The notes: generated by a model from the letters alone, not told the origin. A stretch of DNA of 63,816 bases, filler included, from Lenisia limosa (GCA_001655205.1; 13 parts of 13 records of this genome joined end to end with filler, not necessarily neighbours in it); one strand, 5' to 3'. Counted from the whole stretch's first letter, positions 1 to 13,500 are shown. Made by a program: numbers and translations.

Positions 1-614
1 GGGGGGGGGGGGGTGAAGAGAGTGCGATCAGTTCTATCAGAAATTCAATGCGCGATCACACTCAAAAAGGAGCGCAAACCTCCTCATTGACAGGGTATCT
101 GCCCAGAAGAACTTCGAAGTGAGCCGAGGCTAGAATGAGCTTCAGCATTGCCTCGTCCTTAACTTGCCCCACGCTCAGCGGGAAGAAACATGACGACAGT
201 CGAAGGGACAACTTGAGATTGTGCGGCTCTGAACCTACAATGTCAATACATGGTCTTCTGTATCTCCGGCTTCACTCAAAAACTATCGATATTTTAGTGT
301 TCTTTTTCGAACCAAAGTGAAGCCCTATTGGTATCATAGGAGAATTTCTTCAGAATTCCAGAAATATCTGTAAAAACAACGTTTCCAAAGTAATAAAAGG
401 TAGACTTGCTCGATAGCAGGGTTATTCCTACCCCAACAAACCAGGAAGGGGGATAATCGCTTTCTTGACTTTTTCTTTCCGAGACATTTTGCCCTGAATG
501 ATCAAACCAGACCCTTCTAAAAATGATTCTCAGTTAGAAATGAGGGAACGTTTCATCGTCGGCAAATATTCAAAATCGTTAACTCAAGTCAGACTTTGTG
601 AAATGACTTGGAAG

Positions 615-704
615 TAGGGCTTCACTCGGTTCGAAAAAGACTTCTTAAATATCGATAGTTCTCGAGGACTTTTCCAGTTTTTTTTGAACCGAAGTGAAGC
701 CCTA
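615..704. mobile_element. hAT-like MITE, family A (subfamily A1)
   Basis: TIRs TAGGGCTTCAC(T)TCGGTTCGAAAA / TTTTGAACCGAAGTGAAGCCCTA; perfect 8-bp TSD CTTGGAAG (607-614, 705-712). Confidence 0.9.
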
Positions 705-784
705 CTTGGAAGGTATAGTATAAATGGGAGGGGCTTGCCCCAACAATGGAAGTTGAAATTGGTACTGATAACTATGTCATAGCA

Positions 785-874
785 TAAGGTTTCACTTCGG
801 TTCGAAAAAGACTGAATTTTCGATAAATCCTCGAAAACTATCGATATTTTTCTCTGAACCGAAGTGAAACCTTA
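785..874. mobile_element. hAT-like MITE, family A, co-varying TIRs
   Basis: TAAGGTTTCACTTCGG...CCGAAGTGAAACCTTA; both ends carry the same two changes from consensus. Confidence 0.85.
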
Positions 875-1094
875 CATATCATAATAACGCTGTAAAATCA
901 CCCCCCCCCCCTCTCTCACTTCTTGTTTAATTTGAAACTCACGGAANNNNNNNNNNNNNNNNNNNNNNNNNNNNNNNNNNNNNNNNNTAAGTGCCTGGAT
1001 TGTAAGATTGTGATAATGCCACTATAGCCGAGACGCTGCCTGTTATCATGAGTGGAGGGATAGTGTGATTCCAACGACGCACAGATGGTACCAC

Positions 1095-1183
1095 TAGGGC
1101 TTCACTTCGGTTCGAAAAAAACTGAATTTCTCGATAAATCTTCGAAAACTATCGATATTTTCCCGAACCGAAGTGAAGCCTTA
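1095..1183. mobile_element. hAT-like MITE, family A
   Basis: Full TIRs; degraded TSD GGTACCAC/AGTATCAT. Confidence 0.85.
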
Positions 1184-1392
1184 AGTATCATATGAGAAAT
1201 GGACTTTCTGAGAGTTATTTGGAATTGAGATACATTAAGAAAGTTACATCTGAGGAGGCACCTACCTGAAGAACCATCTCTTTCGGGCCAATAGGGTGTC
1301 CGAATAATCCTTGAAAATCAAAGAATTTTTTTTCTGAAAATTACAAAATGAGAACCCATGATACTTCTTCGATGTAACATACAACTTATATC

Positions 1393-1533
1393 GCAATGAG
1401 AAATTTTAGGTTTTATCTGGCAGGAAGCCGTCCACACTATCACGCTTATAAGAGATATTGGATTACAGTATAATATTAATTCACCCAATCATTTGCCTTA
1501 CAACTCTGTGTACACGCTTTCTGCGTGCCTCCC
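1393..1533 (+). repeat. Interspersed repeat family C, near full length
   Basis: GCAATGAGAAA...ATCTGGC.GAAGCCGTCCACA..ATCACGCTTATAAGAGATATTGG...TTCACCCAATCATTTGCCTTACAACTCTGTG...CTGCGTGCCTCC; recurs at 10 or more loci. Confidence 0.8.
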
Positions 1534-1686
1534 TAGCATTTAACATTTTGATGTTAAAAACGAAACAATACTCACACACACATTTGTTTGTGTAATCTCA
1601 TAATGTGTTATTAAGCTGAATCATCATTCATGTCAGTCCATCCCTTACAAATTTCAATATAAAAAAGCTCCAAATATTATTATACC

Positions 1687-1786
1687 AAGTGCTTCCCTGC
1701 GGTCTGAAAAAGACCAGTAAATTATCGATATTTATCGAGAATAGTTCTAGATATTCAGTCTTCTTTGGGACCGTAGGGAAGCCCTA
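1687..1786. mobile_element. hAT-like MITE, subfamily A2 (GCTTCCCTACGGTCC TIR)
   Basis: Right TIR GGGACCGTAGGGAAGCCCTA; same ATCGAT-rich core as A1. Confidence 0.8.
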
Positions 1787-1804
1787 AATACAATAACATC
1801 CCAC

Positions 1805-1904
1805 TAAGGCTTCACTTCGGTTTGAAAAATACCGGGAAAATATCGATAGTTTTCGAGGATTTATCGAGAAATTCTGTCTTTTTTCGAACCGAAGTGAAGC
1901 TCTA
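1805..1904. mobile_element. hAT-like MITE, family A
   Basis: TSD CATCCCAC/CACCCCAC (7/8). Confidence 0.9.
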
Positions 1905-1908
1905 CACC

Positions 1909-1974
1909 CCACCAACCAGTATCACCTTCCACCAACCAGTATCACCTTCCACCAACCAGTGTCATCTTCCACCC
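1909..1974 (+). repeat. 20-bp tandem repeat x3
   Basis: (ACCAACCAGTATCACCTTCC)n directly after the MITE. Confidence 0.9.
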
Positions 1975-2608
1975 AGATCTGTAGAGGAAATGTCGAGTTC
2001 AACTCCAATTTACGACAAACTGCCATGGTTAACAAAAGATCCAAATACTCTTCCCAAGTCTAAATATGCAGGTGTGTTCTGAAATACATTTTGCAGTTTG
2101 GGATTCAACTATAATTGTCATTTGAGGATAAATCATGATCACAATTACATGTTTTTGGGATTACTAAACGGTCAAACTTTCTCCCCCACCTTCTTCTCTC
2201 AGCTCAGTAGCTGTTGTGTTGTTGCGACAATAAATATCAAATTTGGTCACTTCAAATGCACGAACCTCCACTGATACCGTCTCTCCTACATCATCAGAAT
2301 AAAATGGGACTGAACGCTAATATGGCGGAAATGAAAGAATAAAACCGGGGCTCCCAAACAGCAAGTAATTATATTCAGCTTCCTTTATGAACATCACAGA
2401 ATGGACAATTTCGGCCATATAATGTCATTTAAACTCTTAACATTTCAAAAACGAGGCACAAACATTCGCAAACACCTTAGGAGTCCGAAGAATTACCCGT
2501 CCTCCGCGGTTCCAACTTAATATAGAATAACCCGTCCTACGTAACTTAAAAACATCCACAACCAACAATTATCATCAGCATAACCCCATAGACATCTTAA
2601 TACTAAAC

Positions 2609-2819
2609 AGCAAGAGCCGTCTTAGTACAGAGGCTGATCAAATCAGCTTGTGAAATGAAGTTACGACAATCGCGACTACAAGACCACCAGACCCACCCAT
2701 CATTGTTGCTTGCTCTTCTGAGGCAACACCAGCGCCACAATCAGAGTACACATTCTGATTACCTCCAGCGGTAATGTGCGGAGGAGCTGTCATGTCTGCT
2801 GTGGCAGGTGTCAAGAGCG
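2609..2819 (-). CDS. Two putative exons encoding a PAS-like segment
   Basis: Joining 2819-2763 and 2717-2609 over a 45-nt GT-AG intron gives ALDTCHSRHDSSSAHYRWRRASNNDGWVWWSCSRDCRNFISQADLISLC, resembling the PAS YR..KDG.WVW motif; strand assignment in 1-4100 is ambiguous. Confidence 0.3.
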
Positions 2820-4009
2820 CTATATGGTATTTCCGAGACTGATTGGACTATTCTATGTAAGTTAATGACACTGCAGGGGTGGAAGAGTCGCTAAGTCCTT
2901 CCACCGTGGAAGTTACCGATAAAAGGAAGGCTCAAGATAACTTCACCACTATTTTGTTGCATAAACAGATTAATTATTACACTGAAATATGTTTTTGCCT
3001 TAAGAGAGAGTTTGAGGAAACCACTGGCCAATTTGAGAAGTTTGTACCCTTGGTGACAGTGTGCTATCTCGCAATCCGTTGCTCCAGCGCGTTGCTCACG
3101 TTTTCGATTGATAAGTGCGCAAAAAGTTCCTATAACAGATTTACAACTTGTATGCGAACAGTTAGACGTCAATCGGTTGAGGGCTTCAGGTCCATGAACA
3201 GCCATTAGTTGGTATGGGGATGATAAGGAGGAGGTTTAATTAGCTAATCGAATTCTGGCCTTTTTATTGGAAATCAAAGAGAGTGAGCTCGGTGCGAGCT
3301 CCCCTCATTTCAACATTCGAGGTCTTTCTAGATTCTTTCACCTGGATTTTGTGGTAATATCTACTATTAATTCAGATTTAACTTTTCACGCTTTGAAATT
3401 CCTTCAACAAAGTCTGCACTTGCCTAAGTCTGTGAACTTTTGTGTCTCCATGGCCCCCTATTCTCACCTGAACCAGATTAAGCAGACCAGTTAAATGCAA
3501 TGGACCCGTATCGCCTTCAGAACAGGCCGCGGAGACGAGAAAGCTTCGTTTCCAGCGGTATGTTGGCTCGCAAGGCGCCTGGACTGGCGGGTCTGGTGAT
3601 CAGGCCTGGTGGTATGACCGGAATGCTGGCTGTTTGTTGGTTGGCGTGTGGGAAGTCGGAAGTGGGTAATAACTTGAATCTATCAATCATCTGATAAACG
3701 GTGTTGTGTGTATTATATATGTATATTACCGGGTTTCTTGTTTGGTGACGTCATGCTCTCCTGACAAGGGATGTTTCCCAGTCCACAGCCTTTTAATTAG
3801 AGAGTTAAATTGGCTAAGAGAGGTGAGGGACAGGATGCAAATCGGCTCAATATGATGTACATATATTTTCAGGGTATTTGTGTGGTTTGTCATATTTGTG
3901 TTGTCAGCCANNNNNNNNNNNNNNNNNNNNNNNNNNNNNNNNNNNNNNNNNNNNNNNNNNNNNNNNNNNNNNNNNNNNNNNNNNNNNNNNNNNNNNNNNN
4001 NNNNNNNNG

Positions 4010-6048
4010 ATAGCGGGGTACTCTCGGGTTCCACAACCAACTTGAGTATACAGAGTCAGACCTTTCGAAATGAAAAGGCCGTGTTTTTGGTGGGTGAGGG
4101 TAGGGTGAAAAGGCGTTTATCAATAAGCGAAAATATCCATGGCATGTCACCCATCTGCTCTGTCGTCACTTTCGTTCATCATTTCCTTTGTCTTCTCGGT
4201 TGTCACTTTTGCTCACCATTTCATTTGTCTGCTCTGTTGTCACTTTTGCTCACCATTTCCTTACAGTACCCACATGAAACCATAATATTAGTACTGCTCC
4301 CAAGATAACCACATGCCATTTCTCTCACACGACAGTTGCGTCTTCTCATTGTTGGTTCATTTCTGGTGGTGACCATCATCATCATCGCTGCCATCACTGC
4401 TCTGTTCTACAACAAGGCCACTACAAATGGTGCGTGGGGGATTCCATGCACGAATGAGGAGTTTACAGTTTGCCAAATTAAGTACCAGTATTACAAAAAA
4501 AAAAATTTATCACATATATGATGAGGGTTTGGGATTGGGTTTGCTGAAATTAAAACCTTGCGTCACACAAATGCCAATTAGGGTGTGTATGCTGCAGAGA
4601 GTAGCTCTTCTGATTTTTTTAGTTCAGCGCATTAACCGAATGCTCATTACAGACATGGTGAGTCGGGCATTGTTGTGTTCTTCAGAGGGCTTCACTTCGG
4701 TTCGAAAAATACTGGTAAACTATCGATAGTTTTCGACGATTTATCGAACAATTCAGTCTTTTTTCGAACCGAACCGAAGCACTAGTTCTTCAGTTCTTTC
4801 ATATGTAGGCCTTTTGTACGGTCCCAAAAAAGACTGAATTTCTCGATAAATCGATAATATCGAAATTAAATGGTCTTTTTCGGACCGTAGAGAAGCCATA
4901 CTCATATGATATAGCATAGTTATGACGGCTTTGCAAGATACAATCTTACATCAATTCTCATTTTTACATTATCATGAAATACTAAAAGTTGCATGGTCAA
5001 ATCCATTTCAACTTAATCATCATAAAGTGGAATTTCAAGCATATGGTTTGGTAAGAAGTCTCAATAAAATATTATAATGATAAGTTGAAATAAGTCCATT
5101 AGTGCTTACCCTTCAGTCATCCTCAATTGTGACTCATCTTACTGATGCTCTTCGTCTCCAGGAGGTGGGAGGGAGGCAATATTGGTGATAGGGGATATCA
5201 AGACAGGCTTTAGCTGCGGGTGGTGAGAGGGGATGTTTGGAGGAATACTTATTGAACCTCAAAGGGGGCTTGTCTTAAATTGAAATTTCACCTTAATCCT
5301 CCTCTTCACTCTCAAATTGAAATCCCCCCCCCCCCTTATGGGATNNNNNNNNNNNNNNNNNNNNNNNNNNNNNNNNNNNNNNNNNNNNNNNNNNNNNNNN
5401 NNNNNNNNNNNNNNNNNNNNNNNNNNNNNNNNNNNNNNNNNNNNNNNNNNNNNNNNNNNNNNNNNNNNNNNNNNNTTTCATATATTTCCCAAATTCACTC
5501 CCCCACCTCCAGTCGTTAGCGATTGGAGTAGCAAATCGCCTCCGAGCCAGCAATTACGACCTTAACTCTTTTGCTACGTACACTGCTGATGTGGGAGGTG
5601 GTGCCTTATTCATCTCAATTGTGATGACTGATGAGACAAATTGTCAAATTGTAATTGTGAATAATTATGAAATAATGCTCAGGGTGGGATGCTACAATTT
5701 TAACGATTGGATGATGATCTTGAGTTCTTTCAAGCACCTGAGCTGAGCTGGTACAACACCAGTCTAGTATTTTGGTGTATCATGCAAACACTTTGACTGT
5801 TTTTTAGATTTATCCAACCCTCACTGCAGTCAATCTTATTCCTGGTTTGTATGGGCAAAGTCCTCTTTCAACTTTGGTAGCCCTCAATAAAAATGATATT
5901 ATTTGGGCGTCTCTAGCCGCCATAACTATTCCAAAGTCATTATTCTCTATTCGCTTCTCACCACCCAGCTGTTGAGGTCAACTCAGAGAACTTCGTAGTG
6001 TCAACATCTGGGGAACTGATCGCTCTCCTTAAGGGCGAAAATCATGAG
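4010..6048 (+). CDS. Partial multi-exon membrane protein (TM helix followed by a probable extracellular domain)
   Basis: Exon 4336-4429 LRLLIVGSFLVVTIIIIAAITALFYNKATTN; further GT-AG exons VLTLQSSSIVTHLTDALRLQE and SLAIGVANRLRASNYDLNSFATYTAD; model incomplete. Confidence 0.35.
4155..4260 (+). repeat. ~36-bp tandem repeat x3
   Basis: TCTGCTCTGTYGTCACTTTYGYTCAYCATTTCMTTTG units. Confidence 0.75.
4685..4784. mobile_element. hAT-like MITE, family A
   Basis: Perfect 8-bp TSD GTTCTTCA (4677-4684, 4785-4792). Confidence 0.9.
4806..4900. mobile_element. hAT-like MITE, subfamily A2
   Basis: TSD TTCATATG/CTCATATG (7/8); 21 bp from the previous copy. Confidence 0.85.
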
Positions 6049-6515
6049 GTGGGTAAAGTAACAATGAGCTTTGGTCCCGGCTCTGTTTAGTGGAAATGAG
6101 AAATAGTATACAATCATCACGTTTATTCAAGATGATGACAATAACCATTGCAACTCAATGTGCACAGCTTTATACAACTTGAACCTCCATTACTGACGTT
6201 GTAGCACACGGTCACATATGCTGACTCCTTAAACAATATGTGGTGAGCGAAGGGAATTCAGTAGAAAAACGATACTTTGGTCATTCCACTTTTTTGAGAC
6301 ATTTTACTGGCAATACCGCATTTACCACATCCCCCCTCTCACTTTGGTCCGGATCTCAGAGAGATCTGACCGGATAAGTCCTCTTCACACTACGTCTCAC
6401 CTTGCCACAGTATCACATAGAAGGAAGTTAGAATATTTGTATGCAATAAGAATACAAACGACACTGTGTCAGTCATTCTACTTTTTTGACTCTTTTTACT
6501 TGCTATACCTCATGC

Positions 6516-6581
6516 CTGGGGAGGCACGCAGGAAGCTGTGTGCACAGAGTTGTAAGGCAAATGATTGGGTGAATTGATACT
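6516..6581 (-). repeat. Family C fragment
   Basis: GGGGAGGCACGCAGGAAGCTGTGTGCACAGAGTTGTAAGGCAAATGATTGGGTGAATT, cut by gap. Confidence 0.8.
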
Positions 6582-6736
6582 NNNNNNNNNNNNNNNNNNN
6601 NNNNNNNNNNNNNNNNNNNNNNNNNTTAATTAATTAANNNNNNNNNNNNNNNNNNNNNNNNNNNNNNNNNNNNNNNNNNNNCCACAACAAATAATACCAG
6701 CAAGAAAAGCACAGCATCTTGTACTAACTTCTTTAG

Positions 6737-9260
6737 GATGGAGTCCGCTGATGTGTGCTGCTGCGGCAGGTATGAAGGGAACATTTCTTATAATAGGGAT
6801 GTATTTCACAACACACCTCATCATTATAACAACAAGGGAATGAATATGATACTATTATCCAATATCTCTGATAAGCGTAATGTTGTGGACGGCTTCGGTC
6901 AGATACAGCCTTTTTTTTTTATTTCCAATTGCTAATACACCCCTTTTAAGGAAAAGCGCAAGTATGCCAACGCCTGATCTCCAAAGGGGTTGGTGGGGCT
7001 GAAACTTAACGGAAATATACATTTAAACGGGGGAAAGAATACTGTTGTCTACGGTTTTCATAATGGACAAAATTGTAGGAAATGTATCTGTAGTGTTTCC
7101 TGGAGGCTGAATAATGAACTGTTATCTTTTTCTCAAATAATGACCGGATTCGGGGTGTTACTGGAACCCTGTTTTCGGCCGGTTAGTGAATTCTTTGGGG
7201 ATTCAATTGTTTTTTTGCTTTCTTGGAAAACTCGAATTTCCCATTATGGGGGGTTTCCCTTTTGTTTCCTGGCGTTTTCACACCCTAGGCCAGAATGGAT
7301 GTCCGCACTCTTGCAACTAATGTAAGCGTATTGAGAGTAAATCAAAGGAAGCCAAATAATAAACCAAGATATGATATATATTGCAGCAATAAACCAAGAT
7401 ATTGCAGTAATAAACCAAGATACTAAAAAGGATATAGGAATAAAATAGAATCAAGTATGATTTTCTCAAATATGAAACTGCTTTTCGGGTCATTGTCAAA
7501 GGTGTCAACTGTCATTTTCTGGCATACCCATTTTGATGAACCTCTTCGTATACACCCATAGTGAATAACCCGTTCTAGGCCTCTTGCCTCCATTTTGCCG
7601 CCTCCAAAGGTCATCGTGATGTGTTAAAGTTTGCGGGGGAGGGGGGACACTAGGCACTTCGGTTCAAAAAAAAAACCGAGGAAAAAATATTGATAGTTTT
7701 CGAGGATTTGTTGAGAAATTCCGTCTTTTTTTGAACCAAAGTGAAGCCGTAGGGACACCACATAGAAATTGATAGTTCCCACGATCCAAAAAAGTGATAT
7801 GATTGTCATTAACAACCACTCAGACTATTCCTTGATCACGATTGTGACGTCAAAGCGAAGAACAAGAACGGACAAACCGCCCTCCACGTGGCGGCTTCCA
7901 GGGGCCGAGTGGGGGGTTGCTTTTTTGTTTTTGCTGTTTTGTTCTCTTTTTTTGAGGGGGGAGTATGCTTGTATGTTAGGGGGAGGGGTGGTCGTGCTCG
8001 GTAGTGGACTATGTTTTTTTTTTTGGATTCATTTCGGTTCAAAAAAGACTGAATTTCTCGATAAATCTTCGATATTTATCGATATTTTACTGGTCATTTT
8101 CGAACCGAAGTGAAGTCCTACTAGGGTGTATTTTTTATTTTGTTTTTTTGGAGAGAGGGGTGAGTATCTGGTATTATTAGTTTCTCTCTCAATTAATTGA
8201 TACATTTGCATTCTTGTTCTTAAAAAAACAAAGTGAGTCCTGTGAGTTTCCCCTTTCTGCGTACCTTCACACTTCCGTAACTCCTCAGACCGAAGCCATC
8301 CATATTCTGGTCCAATATGACGAAGACATCCTTGGTGGGGAGAGGAGGTTGTTTGTATTTTTGGCTCCTTTTTACGTGGGTTGTTATTAATAAAAGGATA
8401 AAAGTGGTGTTTTTATGAACAAAATTTTATAAATAAACGGTTTTGCAAAAACAATTGTTTTTTTTTACATCTAGACAAGTCCAAATTTGTTGAGTACAAG
8501 ATCACTAGGATTCCACTGGTATTTAGAATCAAACCTGCTCGCGAGTTGATCTGTTAAACAATATTCGGATTTTTGGACAGAGATGGTGGTGATATTGAAG
8601 AGCTTGATTAGGGCTTCACTTCGGTTCGAAAAAAAGACTGAATTTCTCGATCAATCCTCGAAAACTATCAATATTTTCCGAACAAAGTGAAGCCCTAGGC
8701 GTGATGCAAAGATATGCTTGGTATTGAGGGAGTGATCCATGAATAGGCTTGACAGCAATTTGGATGGAGAAGCCACTGATAGGGCTAAGGCTTCCCTATG
8801 GTCCAATTTTTTTTTTCGAAAAATATCGACATTACACTACAGGGTTTTTTTTTTCACAAAGTGGAACTGATAGGTTTATCCTTCGCAGATGAAGAGGACG
8901 CAAATGAGCAGACCGCTTTTCAAACCGCCAAAGAAGCTGATCAAATGGTCGGGGGGGGGGGGTAAAGNNNNNNNNNNNNNNNNNNNNNNNNNNNNNNNNN
9001 NNNNNNNNNNNNNNNNNNNNNNNNNNNNNNNNNNNNNNNNNNNNNNNNNNNNNNNNNNAAGAAATTTTTGATGTGATGCTCACACAAGCTATGATTTTTT
9101 TATGATGATGTGTAGCGTTCGCGTATAAATTTTGGTGTTTATAGGAGAGGGGAGGGGAGAGAGGAGTTCATATTTTTGACTATTTAACAGGGTTAACCCC
9201 CTTTTGACTGAGTAGGCTGCAGCTCATCTTTTGGCCGAACTGGGTGCTTCCACAAACTAG
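6737..9260 (+). CDS. Ankyrin-repeat protein, gankyrin/PSMD10-like (5' truncated by gap)
   Basis: Spliced exons give GWSPLMCAAAAGKAQVCQRLISKGARMDVRTLATNASCLHFAASKGH...LFLDHDCDVKAKNKNGQTALHVAASRGRTEAIHILVQYDEDILDEEDANEQTAFQTAKEADQMAAAHLLAELGASTN*. Confidence 0.75.
6849..6934 (-). repeat. Family C fragment in ankyrin intron
   Basis: CCAATATCTCTGATAAGCGTAATGTTGTGGACGGCTTCGGTCAGATACA. Confidence 0.8.
7651..7751. mobile_element. hAT-like MITE, family A (decayed)
   Basis: TIR remnants; GGGACAC on both flanks. Confidence 0.8.
8022..8120. mobile_element. hAT-like MITE, family A
   Basis: Right TIR CGAACCGAAGTGAAGTCCTA; left TIR partly decayed. Confidence 0.8.
8609..8697. mobile_element. hAT-like MITE, family A
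   Basis: Full TIRs; TSD AGCTTGAT/GGCGTGAT (6/8). Confidence 0.85.
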
Positions 9261-9453
9261 ATTGTAGTTTAATGTGAATGCTTCGCCTATACTTGTGTTT
9301 TGAGTATCACATCCAATCTACAGACCTAAAGACCAGTTTTAATTACGTTAAAAGGGGCGTTACTTCCGACATTTACGTATCATATGTACATCTCAGCAAT
9401 ATTTTTTTACAGATATGATTGAACTGTTTATAGAAGATATTTTGGCCTCTGAA

Positions 9454-9551
9454 TAGGGCTTCACTTCGGTTCGATATATACAGGTGCAATATCGATAGTT
9501 TTCGATAATTTTTCAAGAAATTCAGCCTCTTTTTGAACCGAAGTGAAACCC
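9454..9551. mobile_element. hAT-like MITE, family A
   Basis: TSD-like CCTCTGAA/CCTTTGAA. Confidence 0.8.
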
Positions 9552-10520
9552 CCTTTGAATAACTATTTGAAACCACAATCAAGAAATGAATTAAAAAACG
9601 AGGAATAAATAAGAGGCTAGTTTAATGATATTGAAGGAATTCCGAGGTTGGATAGTCGTTCGCCTGGAGGGGTGAGCAAAATGTAATCAAATACATTTTG
9701 AGTTGAAATATGCGAAAAATTTGCTTCAAATATGGTATAAAACTAAGAAAATAGACGTAACACTCTGGTTGCTAACACAAATGAAAATAACTATTATTTG
9801 TTGATAACACTATTATTTTGGCAAGATTGCAGCTTATTTGTCTACCGTATGGTAAAATGTAAAATATATCAATTATTTCTTCATAAAATTAGGTTAAACC
9901 TTTGTTTTCTGTCGTACATGTTTTTTTTGGTTGTTTTTAATTGAAGTAAATCTGAAGATGATCCTCAAAAATAAAATGAATTAACATTATATGATAAATA
10001 CTGTGATACTTAACTCTTTTTATCAAGGAAAATGTTCATTTGGCTTCTTTTCACAGATAGAGAAAAATCATAGATATCATATATGGACGGTGTGATATAT
10101 ATTATATAAGATATCATATGAGGCGATCGTATTCAATGTATTTTCTTACTATCAAATAAAATAGTCCGTTTTTCTTAAAGAAAACCCCTACAAAGAAACC
10201 GCTCACTCATTGCGCTTGCCGGTCTAAATCGGGAGTTGTTTCGACCTGTACCAGCATCGGACGGTCTTCGCTTTTTCCTATGGAAGTGACGGGTAAACTG
10301 TCTGGCATAACGTTAAGCTCATCGAATATGATTCAACCTTGGGTTTTTTATTTCTCATTGTATAGTAATATATGTACATGTACATAATATATAGCCCTCC
10401 CCATACAAGGCAGAATTCAAGGTTTTTGTGGAGGCGGAAGGGACGAGAGGGGCAAGAGCTAAACTGTAAGAGGTCTAAGGATAAGTCGTGGCTCGGATAT
10501 TGAGCTGTATCTTCTGTCTG

Positions 10521-13500
10521 TCATGTAACGACTTGTGGCGTTAGGTGTAAAACCCCCCGTACTATCGGGGGAGAGAACGTCTGGAATTGGCGGGGATTGT
10601 AAGGGTCTTGGCTGAGGCTCCATGCGGAATAGCCCTGGTATGTTAAAATGGAAAATTTATGAAAACAGAAAAGGCCCAAATCAACTCTGTTAGCTTACAA
10701 CACACGAGGGTTGGAAACAACAAAACAAACAAAGCCTAGGCCAGTCGCTTCTGCCGCACCGCNNNNNNNNNNNNNNNNNNNNNNNNNNNNNNNNNNNNNN
10801 NNNNNNNNNNNNNNNNNNNNNNNNNNNNNNNNNNNNNNNNNNNNNNNNNNNNNNNNNNNNNNNNNNNNNNNNNGGAGGATATCGATACAGAATGAAGGAG
10901 TGGTGAAAGGTCAACTAAATATGCTCCAGATTATTAATGAACCCACCCCCTTGTTATGTCAATGGCAAGGGGGTAGGGGAGTTATCCAGAAGATGATGTT
11001 AAGATGAATGTTAATTTGGTTAACAGTTAACATTTGCTTAAGATGATTGTTAACATTTCCTCCATCCACCCACAAATAAGAATTTTTCCTCCATCCCGGC
11101 TCACAAATGAAAAACCGTTTAATTTTGTCGAAGCTATTCGTGATCACAAACGCTACTGCGGCTATACCTAAAGAGGTAAACAAACGGAAAAAGGTAAAAA
11201 CGGATAATAATACAGAAAGCAAGGAGCTTTGTTTGTTTTGTTGCAACAGAGTTGATTTGGGTTTTTTTTGTTTCTTAAATTCTCCATATATATCCCCCTC
11301 CCCCCAGATCAACCTCCTACCAGAAAGCAGGAAAGAGAGAAAATAGAATGCCCAATCAGCGAGCGTGGAGGCCTGGGGAAATTAGTAATGAATTTGTTTA
11401 TAGTATCCCATGGTGTGCACAGAGTTGTAAGGTAAATGATTGGGTGGAATAGTATTATTTCGATCAGATACAACATATTATACAGTATTATTTTGTCAGC
11501 CAAGATTTTAATTTAGAGTGTTGGGCTTCGCTTCGGTTCGATAAAAGACAAAATTTCTCTATGAATTCTCGAAAGCTAGCGATATTTTACTGGACTTTTT
11601 CGAACCGAAGTGAAGCCTTAAGTGTATATCGTACTTTTTTCTTGACCCCAAAATAAATGAGAAATGTGCATATGAATATCACACCAAGACTCCACTTTGA
11701 AACAAAAAGTGGAAGACAAATGTGGAACTTTTAACTTCATCCCTTACAACTTGTCAAAGCTTGAGAAAATCATGAACCAACTTCCATAAAACTATTATTC
11801 TATATGATCTGTAGAAATACCCCCCCCCCCCATATAACCTCCCACCTGGGCCGCCTCTATGACATGAACTGAACTTTCAAGGCGTTTGAATTTATCAAGT
11901 TGTCCATCCACGACCTTCGGAGTAAATAATCATGCAAATATACGTGTATATGCAAACAACGATGAACTTAAAAACTATACATAAAATATATATGATATGG
12001 ATATCCATGATATAATTTATATTCACATGGGATGAAAGACGGTTTGAGACGAGAAGGGCGTAAAACTACTCAGAAAAGCAAATGTGATTAGGACTTTTCC
12101 CCTAGTATCAATTGGGAGCCCAGCGATCTTTCACTCAAACAAAAGATGTGGGTAGTAATTGTTAAGATGAGTATTATGCTGCAAGACAAGGTGAATAGAT
12201 AGAAATTATGATTATATAATATAGCAATGAGAAATAAAAAATAATATTGTATCTGGCCGAAGCCGTTCACATCTATAATACCTAGGGCTTCACTTCGGTT
12301 CGAAAAAAGGCTGAATTTCTCGATAAATCCTCGAACTTTCGATATTTTACCGGTCTTTTTTCGAACCAAAATGAAGCAATAATACTCCACCTTCAGATGT
12401 GGGTGGAAATTGTTAAGATGTGCAAGATGAGTATACAAATAGTTAGAAATTATGATCAGTGATATCTATAATACCCTCACCTGTCCAGCCTCATCAGCAC
12501 GCTGTCGGGTCAAATCTATTTCCTTGCTCAAGCGGACTGTGGATCTATCAACCTAAGTAGTGAAATGTGACGGGAAACGTGTGGAAAATAGATTTACTTA
12601 GAAATTAGGAATACTTGAACCCACACCCAAACTCATCCAATATTATCTAATATATGATATGATAATATAAAAATAAGAAAGGTTGTATCTGGCCAAAGCC
12701 GTCCACATCATCATGGCGTTTAAAAGACATTTAATTATAGTATTAATTTACCCTGTGCACACAACTTTCTGTGTGCCTAATGATGCAACAACTAGGGCTT
12801 CACTTCGGTTCAAAATATACCGGTAAAATATCAATAATTTTCAAAGATTTATCGAGAAATTCGTCTTTTTCGAACCAAAGTGAAGCCCTAGCAACACCCA
12901 CAAACCAGGTCCAGTCTCCCTGTTAGATTGTCGACGCTGGTAGCCACAGCCTCCACCTTATCACCAAGAGTCCCCGCTGAAGGTCAAATTAGTTTCATCA
13001 GAATGTCAAATCGGTTTTGGGAATTTCTGCGTTCTGTTTATTGTAAATTACTACTGGTATTCACAATATAAATTATTCTTTTCCCTGAAATTCTTCATCT
13101 CAAACGAGAAAATTATGTTAATAGAATATCATATGGACACATTTACGATAATTACAGAGAAAAATGTACAGTGGCCGGGTTAAGTCTTGACACCCCCCTT
13201 TTTTTTGTTTGTTACCCCTCCCCCACCCAAAGTTTGGAGCTGCGACAGAATACTACTGACATCAGCCTTGACTTCATCAATATCCTCACGCAGTGTCTGC
13301 ACTTTGGTGGTCAACTACAGGCGTAATTTAATGGGAAATAGCGAGAACCTTACATTTTAACCTCAGAAGTACCCCCCCCCCTCTCTCCAATAAAAAGCAA
13401 TGAGAAATAAAATATAAGGTGCCAAAGTGAGGCAACAGGTATGAGTGTGGATCCCCCATCATCATCAATATAATACCCCCATATAATACCCCCATACAGA

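Noticed and set aside
1095-1125. GGTTCGA in MITE TIRs as a tRNA or Pol III B-box
   Set aside because: There is no A-box or cloverleaf, and the required downstream CC is absent; the motif is part of the TIR on both strands.
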